Shown here: one piece after another, positions 1-11,310 of the stretch
How the letters are laid out: each line of letters starts with the position of its first letter
Numbering within the stretch: the stretch's first letter is position 1
From: Bugula neritina
Lineage: Eukaryota > Animalia > Bryozoa
Assembly: GCA_964035545.1 (NCBI GenBank)
Contig: OZ037766.1
Span: forward strand, 3,524,722-3,588,721
Direction of reading: 5' to 3'
DNA: 64,000 nucleotides
Translations under genes and position numbers: made by a program
The notes under the pieces: model-generated
Seen by the model: only the letters and a program-made list of their open reading frames with translations
Database searches by the model: none
What the model was told of the DNA's origin: nothing

Positions 1-3000
1 AGAGTGGTGATGGTAGAGTAGCACATCCGAGAGTGGTTGATTCTCTGCAGATAAAATATAGCCTGCAAAAACTCCCTTAGATCTCATCAGATAAACTCAA
101 AAGATAGCTGAACACACACGACCGTAGTTGATATATACTGTTCTCCCTCCGTATCTCACTAAGCTGCCGGTCCCAAAACCTTAATTTGTGACATAGAGAG
201 TAGAATACCAGATTTAACTAATGAATCCGTTAAATCCAGCCATTATATTCTTATACACACATACATAGGCCATAAAACAGGGTCCCAGGCCCTTCTCGTG
301 ATCTATGGAATTCCGTGAGAACGGGAACCGTGAGATATGGAGGAAGCACAATATTAAATTTTCTTAAACCTATAATTTTCATCCCTTAGCTAAAATATTG
401 AATTAACCTATAAATAACTGTCCCAACTAGGCATCAAACCACAGTTCAACTCACAAGCTAGCGTGCTACCTGGGAAATCTCAACACCACAAAAACCAGCT
501 TCAGACAGTAGCAGTTGATTTTAATATTTCTATATAAATAGACAACCACTACTGTTGTACTCAAAAGCTCACCACAATGTACAGACGTGTACAGCTGATG
601 CTCAATGGCCTGTGGGTAGAATTTGAGAATGTAGAGGAGACAGGAGAGAGCCAAAGACTTGATGCTGACTCTAACATCTCTGTCAGCATACAGCCTCTCT
701 TCCGTGTTGCCAGTGAGGAGGAATGTGTGGCAGATAAGACGAACCGAGTACAGGATGGGTGGCTGAGCGGCATCGGTGAGAGAACCAATCACATCGCTGA
801 TTGATTTCCCGCTGTCGGGAGATGGCGTACTTTCCTCTCTAAATGTTGTGTAAATAAAATATTAACAGTCCAACTGCAGCAAAATCTGCTGACATTAAAA
901 TAAAAAATCAACACACAAGTGAATATCTAAACATAATTAATAGGTTAGAAATTACCGTTTGAAGCCAAATTAGAGAAACAAATTTATAAGTTATAAGATA
1001 TGGCGAATCCTTTGAAACAGCTGTGTAGTGAAATATGTGCATCTTTTTTGTGTGAAGACATTGTTGAATGACAACATTGTAAGTTTCTTTTATGCTATTA
1101 CCCACTGTAATACTCAATGTAATGTTCATTATTGGTTGTAACTCACAAACTATACAATGAAATAACTTGTATAAAAAAACACAATAGTTTTAAGCCTCCC
1201 TTCCCATGGAAAGCCTTGATGAAAAAGTTTTTAAACGAGCCAAAGATTATGTCTATTAAACCATTCTGTTTGTGGGCTTCTGATTGTAGCATAGGGTTTA
1301 TTATGACTAGTTGCTCTTTCTAGCATCACTAATAGCCATTTTTCGTGACATGTAATCATGACCTAATAAGTCAGTGCTCTTACCATAAAAATATAGCTGA
1401 TTTTTACAATAAGCTCCAGGAAAAAGAAATAAAAACGTAAAATAAGATGCATTCAAAGAAACAAAATCTCGTTCAGCTAAAGCGAGTAGCTGTGTTTCCT
1501 TTTAGTACTGACAGATTTAAGGTTTTTCAACCCATATTTATATTATTTTACTGACCTGACATCTTTTTTACTCTCTTCTGCAGAGTTATTCTCTCCTGTA
1601 AGAGCTTCTCCCTCCTCTAACACCTCTTTCTGTCCATCATCTGTGAACAAACATAGCAAATAGATGCAACCTCTTTAGAGAACTCAGCATCTGTACAGTA
1701 AATTGGGAATAACAACAGTATTTCCGTATTGTATACCCAGAGGTTTAGCCTGAGTAGCATACCTGCTGCAGTGGAAGGAACGGCATCAGTCTGATCAACG
1801 TCAGGTGCTAGGGCTAAGTTACCCTGCAGTCCCTCTAAACCTCCATTAGAGTCTGTATCTTCTATACTCATCTCCGAATTAGACTGGACCACATTCTCTG
1901 CAATTGTAAAATAAAGAAGGTCTAGTTGAAAATTAATATCATGTATATGAGATGCATGGCATTGGATAATGTTTTCAGTTGTTTAGATGATCCAATAAAA
2001 AGTAAATTAAATGCGGAAACAATTTTTAGTGAAAAATAATTAGCCATTTGCTTAATAAATCCCCGACACACTTTATTTATGCAGTATTGAAATATTCCTA
2101 TATATATTTTAGCTATCATCTACAGACTGTTAGAGGGTTGTATACTTAAACAATTTTGTTGTGCAAACATGTCTTGAAACTATGTGTGATTTCTGATCAC
2201 TTGCCAATGACAGCTGACTCTGAAGTCCTGGTATTATAAAAATTATAATAAATATTGCTGACTTTCATTGCATGTTATTCTTAGCTGCTGCAACACATCT
2301 AGCTGGTTTGAAAGTCTAAGCTTTGATCTTACAAAAACATAATATTGCATATTGTATATTGGCTTGAAAGTTTAAACTGTGAACTAACTAAACATTAATG
2401 GCACAATGCAAATTATTATTCAACAGGCCAGTTAAGCTAATAGCACTATGCTGTTTCACGTGAAAAACTGGCCAGGGGGGTTTTATGTAAGAGTAGACAC
2501 ATTGCACATAAAAGTAGACACGTACTATCTTTAGCTGAAAGAGTAGCCTCGTAGCTGACGGCTAGTATGGAGGTGGTGATAGAGCCAGGTGTAATCAGCA
2601 GATCAACCAGCCCGGGGAGAGTCGGAGTCTTCAGTAGCTGCTGATAACACTCGAGTGCTGCCGTTATGACAGAGGGATGTGGCTGCTGGAGGCAGTGAAT
2701 CATCAGCTCAAACAACTGTAAAAGTAGCTAGAAGATAGCATAGGATAGACTATTACACAAAGGTATAACAACCTCTGTATGTTGTATTATACACACATTA
2801 TATAATTTCTGAATGGGTGGAAAATTCGGGACAAATTTCAAACATGTCACTCGTACTACATTCTAGTTCACAACAAAACATTATTTTATAATTTATCCAA
2901 GTCCATTATTTTCAATTGATCCGCTATCCAAACAGGACAGAGCGGATAGGTGAAGATAGAAGAGTAATTATTTTCAAATAATTTTTGATCCCACTTAGAT

Positions 3001-6000
3001 AAATTGATTTTCTATTAATTAAATCTAAGAATAAAATTTGTAGGAAACAGTCAAAAATATTTTTCAGTTTCTCTAACATCAATGTGCCTAGTATACAAAA
3101 CAGACAGCATAATCAAAAGTACAGTATAAAAAAGCCAAAGCAATTTCTCATCAGAAAATAAACATTGCATACAATCACAATTATATTAATGCTGGGTGAT
3201 AACATGTAAAATCCAAAGCAATCAAAGTGACATGAATATAAGTCCATGAAGGAAGTTAAGAGAACAAACCATAATAGTGGTGTCTAACTTTATGGATGGC
3301 TCCACGGGTACCCCCTGGTGGGCGGTTGAGTTTGTACGAGGCACCCTCACTTTCTCATCATCCAGTAGCGGCACAACGTGACGGATGCAATGCAAACACC
3401 CTAATATAATGGGCATGTTTTCCGAGCAAGAGCTATGCATTATGGGTAAGACCATGTCTACAATTTCCATGTACATATGCAGAACTTTCATAGCAACATT
3501 AAATTGAAAAATGAAATAATTTTTAAGCATACATGCAATGTATTATTATAATTTAGATTGAAAGTTATTCATATAATTACAGAGAGTAAAGTAGCACCAA
3601 ATAAAGCTCTAGGAAAACCAGCAGAAGTGTAAAAAATAGAATTTATTTTACAGCAAAATTACGATACTTGGTTACTAATGACACAATTATAAAGTGCAAG
3701 AAATCTTGTTTTCATCTTTCAGAAAAACACTCGAAATTCTCATGTACCCTAAAGGACCAATGAAACATCTTACCCAGTACTTGTACAAGTAGCCAGTTGA
3801 ACAGCTGAAGGGGTTTCCGTGAGTGCAAAGTGATGACAGTAGCACAGGTGGAGGCAACCCTTCTAACAGCAGCAGATGTACTGCACAAATTGTTTAGAAA
3901 GGGAGCAATGTAGAGCTAAAAACATAACAGCAGTATATTACTAAAGTGTAAAATGTAAAGAGTTTATATGGGGAAGTGATATACTCAATGAATTTCAGAT
4001 CTATTTAATTTCTAATTTTCAGGGTCTGTTTTGATGTAGTGAATAAGGGTGTAGTTTACAAGAGCTAAGTAAGTCCAACACTAACAAAACGTTAATTTCT
4101 CCATTGTATAATTTTATGGTTTATATATCTAAAAGTAGTTCTACATTATATGAAACACAATTCTGATTTCATGTGCATAATCTCAGTAACCAGAATTTGT
4201 GAGAAACTTTTTTCCGTGTTATTAGTCTATGATAGAAGTTTCTACATAATTTCACTTCAACAAATAAAAACAAACATTGACAAGTTTAAAAAACTGATAA
4301 AATCCCATAGCCAATGCAACAAAATTACTGTAAGAAATTTCCAAATTGTAAGAAGATACATTGTAAATTAGCTTAGCCTTAGCTACAAGCTGAACTAACT
4401 AACCTTGACCTCAGCATCAGTAGCTGACACCATGAGAGAACTGGCTATGTTCGGCATGGCAGACATGAGACTCTCTTGCAGTGCTTCTTCGTGTCTCTCC
4501 GCCATCTTGGTTACACAAGACAAGAGGTTGACTACGAAGGCACGTCGCTTATGCAGACGAATCATGGGTGCCAACTCAGCAAACCGCCACAGAGCACTTC
4601 TGACACAGCGAGACGGTCCATTCTTTTTCAGTTCTTTGAAAAACTCTATCTGCAGTCGGCCCAGGTTGGTGTCCAACAGGGCCTGAGTAACACAAAATAT
4701 TTATTAATTATTGAAACAAACTTGGCAAATCAATTATATAAAGTTACTGAACTTACAGTCATGGTTAAAGAAACGTAACTCTTATAACTCTTATATATAT
4801 TTATGTACGTAACCTTATGTGTGTGTATATACCACTCATATATACACGTTCAAACACAAATAAAAAGAAACTGCATCAATTTCTTTAGAAACCCATGGGT
4901 GTTTTCAAAATACTCCATGTTAAGATGAACTGCACAATATTTCCTTGATAATGTACAGCTTACATATTCTTCATACATATGGTCTCTTAAAATACTAAAA
5001 AACATCATTATTGCTACATATGAAGTCTAAACGTAAAGGAAGTCACTTGATGTCCAATTTTTTCCAAACTACAGTTAATCATAAGTTTACCAGTAAAGTA
5101 CTTTGTTAGAGTAGTAACCAGATGTGAAGATAAGGAGCATTTTGTTCAGAAAGAAAGAAGAGCATACGTGACATCATATCTTAATAATGCAGATGAAATA
5201 TACTAACAATGCCATTGTGTTTTAATTAATCATTAAATTTTTCAACAAGTCATAACACATTGTACGAGATGCTGAAAACAGTTAAAATATTCACACTGCA
5301 AAACGTCAAGTTTCCAAAGTATACAATTCAAAATTGTGTGTAATGAATAAATAAACACCGAGTGCAATGAGCTAGGAGGGCATCTTACTCTAGTAATACG
5401 GTTGAGACTTTCATCTGAGACCATCCGAACATCAGAGTCCTTGTCATTGGCATAGCTGAGTAGAGTCTCAATCACAACTCCTAGGAGTTTGGGGAACTCT
5501 GCAGCAGACCTAAATGTAAACAGAAAACTTAGGCAATAAATTAGAAATGCTGACGGGAGCATTTTCCATAATTCACAAAAAGTAACTATTTTATTTAAGT
5601 TCAATTGTTGCTCGAAAGACAAATATTTTCGACTGAATTTAAAAGACACTTCATCAATAATTTTATAATAAAATGCTCTAATAACAAAATTTGCGGTGAT
5701 TCGAAAAAGGAAGTAAATCATTCAGTTTTTAAACACAACAGGTTTGCTAAGAAGAGCTTAAAACTTTTAGAAAAGCACAAAATCTCCTAGTATTTCAACA
5801 AGTAGCATATAAAATAGAAAACATATTCACCTAACAGCTGGTGAGCACATGCAATCAGCCAAAATGTTGCAGTTGGTAATCTTTTCTTTTGTGTTCTCGG
5901 GTTCATTCTTCTTTCTGGATAAATAAACATGTTAATTTGTCAAATGATCTGTCAAATAATCTGTCAGTTTTGTATTATACTAACAGAAACGTCTTATCAA

Positions 6001-6354
6001 AACAAATTTGAGAGTTAATTCATGCAAAAGATACTCAGGCATGCAGAGTAATTATAGATTTGGATTTCATACTGATATACATATACTTCTCTTACTTTAA
6101 ATATAATTGGCAGTTTTGGTTTGAATGGTTACAAAACAAGGTATATAATTAATGTTAGTATGAAATGTAGGAACACATATAAATACAATTTAATCAATAT
6201 GAACTTAAACAAACGGCAGTCATTTGTGTGAAAATTTGCTATGGAGTAACTTGAAAACTTACTTGGAGGTATTAGTTGCTGCTTCTTCAATGCCATCGGG
6301 TTGAAATACTTTTAAATTTTCTAGAGCTTTGATTAACTTATCAATGCTTCCCAT
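1..6354 (-). CDS. HTT: Huntingtin, N-terminal part (11 coding exons; gene continues beyond the left edge of the window)
   Basis: Exons with consistent GT-AG sites and phases: 6354-6263, 5914-5831, 5509-5389, 4682-4404, 3915-3774, 3457-3270, 2715-2526, 1897-1763, 1640-1556, 838-573, 44-1. Translation starts MGSIDKLIKALENLKVFQ (cf. human N17 MATLEKLMKAFESLKSFQ). It continues with HTT HEAT motifs DKDSDVRMVSDESLNR, LGRLQIEFFKELKKNGPSRCVRSALWRFAELA, DRDVRVSIKSLALSC and QPLSDVLLY. Confidence 0.95.
138..351. mobile_element. MITE, pogo/Tigger (Tc1-mariner)-like, copy 1, in an HTT intron
   Basis: Imperfect ~22-bp TIRs (CTGTTCTCCCTCCGTATCTCAC ... GTGAGATATGGAGGAAGCACAA), TA on both flanks, non-coding. 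Reverse-complement homologue at 23116-23311. Confidence 0.75.
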
Positions 6355-6810
6355 TTCAATGAATGTTGGATTTCATTTCAAATCTTCAAAACAATTAGAA
6401 GAACATTGAATGAGCTCATGATACGACACAAACTATGCGACACCACTGTGATATAATTTTTTAAGAAATGAAGAGCTAGCATAGCATAAGCTTCCCAAAA
6501 AGTATTGACTCGAGGATGCTATTTTTAGCAGTGATAAAAAAGAATAAAATAGCTAAACTTTTAGTTTTAGTTAAACTTCAAGTCTAAGGTTGCTGCAGTC
6601 AAAGTGAAAGTCTCACTCAACAGTGAGTAGAATGACAGAAGGATAAAATAGTAGACAAATACTGGTAGAACAGCAGTATTACTACTAGTACAACTACTGT
6701 ATTTACTGTCTACTAGTAGTAGTATGCTATTATTATTTCTAAACTTGAAGTCAAAGTGAATCGAGTTTTGCCAGTATCACTATCACCAATATGAATATCA
6801 ATACAAATAG

Positions 6811-7042
6811 TGTTTTATGTTGATTTGTGATATTATTTCAGCTATCGTGAAAAGACAGAACGTGCTCGAGTTAGTTGATAAACGTAAGAGGCCGAAGCCG
6901 TGATTTATTACCACAATATATATACACGAAAATACTAAAACTATTACAATAAGTGATACAATTAATTATTAAGATTATGACAAAAAATAGTAAAATAATA
7001 AAATAACAAATTAGAAATAAATGTTTACATGAACACCGAACA
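6811..7042 (-). repeat. 3' LTR of Gypsy element
   Basis: 232 bp, TG..CA ends, identical to 11079-11310; carries TATATATA and AATAAA on the minus strand. Confidence 0.95.
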
Positions 7043-7083
7043 TCTCCCACAGAATAGAAAAAAGCTATTTAGATATGATTGTT

Positions 7084-10000
7084 TTAAGAGGGCACATAGT
7101 CTGCCATCCAACTAGGTGGCTTCCGTTCTCTGGTTGAACGTCTTAGATTGTCGCTATGATTGGCGCTCTCGGTGGTGTCAACCTGGGTACTACTAGCGTT
7201 TTGTTTAGGATCCTTTGGTGTCTCAGGACTCGCTGGCTCCGTGACGAGTGGTCTGATGTCTCGCCGGTTTCTCCGAAAGAGGTTGTTGTTAAGTTGTATG
7301 GCATAGGCTCTGCTACTCAATTGTTTGTTAATTTGCGCCTCCTGCCATTTTCTCCGGTGCTGACTCCAGTCTCGAACCAAAACTGGTTGCCCTTCTTTCA
7401 GCACTGCCAAATCTCTTGCACCGTCATTGCATCTCTGCTGCAGTTTTTCATTGCGGCCCTGCTTTTCCCACCAACCTTGGTTGTTCTCTGTTTCTGGCCG
7501 AACTTGTGGGAGTACTGACCTGGTGGGTCTTCCGATAAGTTGCTGAATTGGGCTGGCCGTCAGGCCTTCTTTGGTGGTGTTGAGATGTTCCAGTAACGCA
7601 AGTTCGGGCTCTTCACATCTGCGGAGTATACGTTTGGCTATCTTCACAGCAGACTCTGCCTTCCCATTGGACTGAGGATGATATGGAGAGCTGGTGGTGT
7701 GTGTGAAATTCCATGATTGGCTGAAAGTGGAAAACTGGTGCGAGGTAAACTGTGGTCCGTTGTCAGTGTGAACCTGTCTGGGTATTCCCAGGCGTCCAAA
7801 ACAGCGCTTTATGGAGTTGATAACAGCCTCTGCTGTTTGGTTGTCCAGTCGGTCATATTCAAGGTAGTCAGTCGTATAGTCAACAATAGTAATGTAGTGA
7901 GTGTGATTGTATTCAAACAAGTCAATTCCTACTTTGGTCCAGGGTTGTTGGGGAACTGTGTGGAGTAAAAGTGTTTCCTTCTGTTGCCGGGGAGCATCCA
8001 GTTGACATTGTCGACAGTTAGCAATATTGTTTTTGATGTCATTGGTGATGCCAAGCCAAAACACTGTGTGGCGGGCACGTCTTAGTGTGGAGTTAATCCC
8101 ATTATGGCCGGTGTGAAGTAGTTGGAGAAACTTTCTCTGGAGTGTCTTTGGAATAATGGCTCGTAGTCCTTTGTAAACAATGCCATTGTCAATAGATAGT
8201 TCGTCCTGAAAGTGTTTGTACTTGTCGTGAGTTGTGCAGTTGGCAATGTTCCAGTCATGTTTAATAAGGTTTGTCAGTGTCATAAGTTCATTGTCCTGTG
8301 CAGTAGCAGTCCTAATGTTGTCAATTAAGTCGTCACAAACAGGAGCATCATTATTTTGAGAGTCAATGTGAAAAATGTGTTCTGGTAGTTGTTGATAGTT
8401 GGGGGAGTCAAAGTATGAGTCTCTTGAGAGTAAGTCAGCCGTGATCTGTTCAGCACCCTTTTGCCAAGTTACCTTAATGTTGGGGTATCTTTGTAAGTGA
8501 AGAAGCATAGCCTGCAACCTCCGAGATGCCTTATGAATGGATTTCCTGAAAATAGATACAAGGGGTTTGTGGTCAGTTTGGATAGTGACAGCATGGTGAC
8601 CAAAGATATACTGGTCAAAGCGTTCAGTGCCAAACACTATGGCAAGGCACTCAAGCTCTAGTGGCACATAGTTCTGTTCCGATTTTGTTAAACTGCGAGA
8701 TGCATATGCTACAGGCTTGCCTCCTTGCATGAGTGTTGCACCCACACCAGCATTTGAAGCGTCAGTTTGTATAGTTACTGGCTTGTTGCAGTCAAAGTAT
8801 TGTAGAGTTTCTGAGTCAGTTAGTAAGGTCTTCAGTCTATTAAAAGCGTTCATTTGGTCGTCAGTCCAGTGAAAGTCTTGAGCATTGTCTTGTGTCAGTA
8901 AACGTCGTAATGGTTCAGATTCCGATGCTAGGTTGCTAATAAATTTTGACATGTATGTGATGTGACCAAGGAATCGTTTTACTCCCTGTGGAGATGAGGG
9001 AGGTTTCATCTTAAGAATGGCTTTTACTTTGTTAGGATCTGGTTTAAGTCCATTAGTTGTCAGTATGTGTCCAATGTAAGGTAGTTCGTCCTGAAGGAAG
9101 CGGGATTTTTCCTTGTTCAGTCTCAGTCCTGTCTGTCGAGCACGTTTGAAGAGCGCTTCAAGGTTTCTATCATGCTCTTTCCTTGTGCTTCCAAAAATTA
9201 GGATGTCATCTGCAACTATGGTGATGCCATCAAGACCAGCAAGATTTTCCGTGAGCCTTCTCTGAAACTCCTCCGGCGCTGATGCAATTCCAAAGGGTAG
9301 CCTTAGGTACTTGTACTTTCCTATGGGAGTCCAGAAAGTTGTCAAGTCTGTAGATTCCTCAGCTAGGGGAATTTGATAGAAACCTTCTTTGGCGTCACAC
9401 AAGGAGAAAAACTTGGCACCGTTGAGTTGTGGCAAAACATCTTCCAATGTTGGCATGACAGCGTGGTTTCGTTTAATTGCTTGATTGAGATTTTGCGGAT
9501 CTATGCAGATGCGTATCTTTCCATTAGGCTTGCGCACTGGTTGTAGATGGCTTATCCAGTCTGTAGGTGCTTCTACCTTAGCGATAATTTGACGTTGTTC
9601 TAGTTCAAGAATAGTCTTGATGAGATCTGATTTCATCGACAAGGGCACCTTCCGCGGTCGGACTTGCACTGGTACAGCTTCAGGTCTTAGCTCTATCCTA
9701 TATTCCTGTTCAAACTTTCCAAGTCCGGTAAATATGTCATCAAAGTTAGTCAGTAAAGTCTGAAGGTCTGGGTCAGTAGTGGCAAAGTTTACATTCTCGC
9801 TTTTGGTGCTGGGCATTTGTAATAAATCCAGGTGCAAACATGATTTCCATGACAGCAAGCTATGTTGGGTGGTTTCCACAACTAGGAATTTTAATGTAGT
9901 GTAACATCCTTGCTTGTTTAGTATCTGTATCCGTGTCCACCCTAGTGGTGCACACTTGCTCTGGTCATATAAAGTTAGTACAGTATCAGTCGGTGTAAGT

Positions 10001-11034
10001 TTCGGTCTACCTAGCTTGTCGTAGTCGATCGTATTCAAAGTATTGCATGATGCACCAGTGTCAAGTTGGAATTCAATGTCGTAAATAGTATCTGCTTGCT
10101 TAGCAGTGAGCATCGCTAATAATTTACGATCTCGTACAGTAGTGGAGATAGTACTTACATGTTGAGAGTCACTGTCTGAAGAGTAATTCCAGGTGACTTG
10201 ATTGGCTGTTTCGGTTGAGTCGCGATAATGATGCATGCGTGACCTGCAGTATGCAGCAAAGTGGTTAAATTTCTTGCAATGATTGCACTGTTTCCCATAT
10301 GCTGGGCATGCTCGAGGTGGGTGATTGCCTCCACAGTTTCCACACCTAGAAGCACCAACTGATTTTCTGACGTTGGGCTGAGAGTGAGTGTGTGAAAGTT
10401 GTCCTCTGTGTTTATCAGTGTTACGAGTGTCATTAGAGTGATATTGATGAGTCGGAGGTCTATGTTCTACCAAGTTCACTTGTTCGAGTCCATATGTGTT
10501 ATCCTTAGTCATAGTCTTGTAGTCAATAGCCGATGCTTCTTCTCGTCTGCAGAGTTCAATTGCTTTGTCAAAGTCAGTCAAGTCAAACAGTTTCTTTCTA
10601 ATCTTGTCACTTTCAATTCCCAGTATCAGTGCCTGTAGTATCAGTCGGTTGTACATGTCTTTTAAGTCACATAGTCCTGCAATGGTATGTAGTTCAGTCA
10701 AAAATTCGTCAATAGTTCTATTTCCTTGCTTACAAGTCAGTAGTGAGTGAGTCTTAGCCATTAAGTTTATTCTTGGTTTGCAGTAGTCATCAAACTGCGT
10801 CACAACTTTGTCATAGTCAGTTTTGTCATTGTTGTCAGTCCAGTTGAAAGAGTCGTATATTTGGTTGCCTCGGCGACCGATAGTTCTAAGTAGGTATGCA
10901 GTTTTCACTTTGCCTTCGGCTGTATCTTTCGATGTGGCCGTTAAAAAAAGTTCGAAGTCACGTTTAAAAATCTTCCATTCCTCAGGTAAATTCGGTCCAT
11001 CTGCTAATGGTTTTGGCGCTAGTAATTGCTCCAT
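7084..11034 (-). CDS. Gag-Pol polyprotein (1316 aa) of Ty3/Gypsy element
   Basis: Two CCHC knuckles (CGNCGGNHPPRAC, CNHCKKFNHFAAYC); aspartic protease FQLDTGAS; RT (CDAKEGFYQI, LPFGIASAP, IVADDILI); RNase H (TDAS, ELE, TDHKPL); integrase HHCC and D,D(35)E (GIDLF, TDNGPQF, NGKAES). No stops or frameshifts. Confidence 0.96.
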   Translation of the reverse strand: MEQLLAPKPLADGPNLPEEWKIFKRDFELFLTATSKDTAEGKVKTAYLLRTIGRRGNQIYDSFNWTDNNDKTDYDKVVTQFDDYCKPRINLMAKTHSLLTCKQGNRTIDEFLTELHTIAGLCDLKDMYNRLILQALILGIESDKIRKKLFDLTDFDKAIELCRREEASAIDYKTMTKDNTYGLEQVNLVEHRPPTHQYHSNDTRNTDKHRGQLSHTHSQPNVRKSVGASRCGNCGGNHPPRACPAYGKQCNHCKKFNHFAAYCRSRMHHYRDSTETANQVTWNYSSDSDSQHVSTISTTVRDRKLLAMLTAKQADTIYDIEFQLDTGASCNTLNTIDYDKLGRPKLTPTDTVLTLYDQSKCAPLGWTRIQILNKQGCYTTLKFLVVETTQHSLLSWKSCLHLDLLQMPSTKSENVNFATTDPDLQTLLTNFDDIFTGLGKFEQEYRIELRPEAVPVQVRPRKVPLSMKSDLIKTILELEQRQIIAKVEAPTDWISHLQPVRKPNGKIRICIDPQNLNQAIKRNHAVMPTLEDVLPQLNGAKFFSLCDAKEGFYQIPLAEESTDLTTFWTPIGKYKYLRLPFGIASAPEEFQRRLTENLAGLDGITIVADDILIFGSTRKEHDRNLEALFKRARQTGLRLNKEKSRFLQDELPYIGHILTTNGLKPDPNKVKAILKMKPPSSPQGVKRFLGHITYMSKFISNLASESEPLRRLLTQDNAQDFHWTDDQMNAFNRLKTLLTDSETLQYFDCNKPVTIQTDASNAGVGATLMQGGKPVAYASRSLTKSEQNYVPLELECLAIVFGTERFDQYIFGHHAVTIQTDHKPLVSIFRKSIHKASRRLQAMLLHLQRYPNIKVTWQKGAEQITADLLSRDSYFDSPNYQQLPEHIFHIDSQNNDAPVCDDLIDNIRTATAQDNELMTLTNLIKHDWNIANCTTHDKYKHFQDELSIDNGIVYKGLRAIIPKTLQRKFLQLLHTGHNGINSTLRRARHTVFWLGITNDIKNNIANCRQCQLDAPRQQKETLLLHTVPQQPWTKVGIDLFEYNHTHYITIVDYTTDYLEYDRLDNQTAEAVINSIKRCFGRLGIPRQVHTDNGPQFTSHQFSTFSQSWNFTHTTSSPYHPQSNGKAESAVKIAKRILRRCEEPELALLEHLNTTKEGLTASPIQQLIGRPTRSVLPQVRPETENNQGWWEKQGRNEKLQQRCNDGARDLAVLKEGQPVLVRDWSQHRRKWQEAQINKQLSSRAYAIQLNNNLFRRNRRDIRPLVTEPASPETPKDPKQNASSTQVDTTESANHSDNLRRSTRERKPPSWMADYVPS

Positions 11035-11065
11035 GTTATTTCAGTGTAATATTAATAATAATTAG

Positions 11066-11078
11066 ACTCGGGGCACCA
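11066..11078 (-). other. Primer-binding site TGGTGCCCCGAGT, probably for elongator tRNA-Met
   Basis: Directly abuts the 5' LTR and starts TGG. It is complementary to the ...CGGGGCACCA 3' end typical of metazoan elongator tRNA-Met (from recall, not searched). Confidence 0.7.
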
Positions 11079-11310
11079 TGTTTTATGTTGATTTGTGATA
11101 TTATTTCAGCTATCGTGAAAAGACAGAACGTGCTCGAGTTAGTTGATAAACGTAAGAGGCCGAAGCCGTGATTTATTACCACAATATATATACACGAAAA
11201 TACTAAAACTATTACAATAAGTGATACAATTAATTATTAAGATTATGACAAAAAATAGTAAAATAATAAAATAACAAATTAGAAATAAATGTTTACATGA
11301 ACACCGAACA
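11079..11310 (-). repeat. 5' LTR of Gypsy element
   Basis: 232 bp, identical to 6811-7042, followed on the minus strand by the PBS. Confidence 0.95.

Larger units (their letters stand above)
6811..11310 (-). mobile_element. Full-length Ty3/Gypsy LTR retrotransposon (4500 bp), no env
   Basis: Two 232-bp TG...CA LTRs (6811-7042 and 11079-11310), identical by eye. 5-bp TSD AATAG at 6806-6810 and 11311-11315. PBS next to the 5' LTR, short purine tract (GTGGGAGA) before the 3' LTR, and a single ORF with PR-RT-RH-IN order. Confidence 0.97.

Noticed and set aside
1671-1690. 20-nt HTT microexon
   Set aside because: It would leave a 30-nt intron and break the frame; the 1763-to-1640 junction is in phase without it.
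7156-11065. Plus-strand ORFs within the retrotransposon as accessory or env genes
   Set aside because: Short antisense shadows of gag-pol with no recognisable motifs; there is no room for env.
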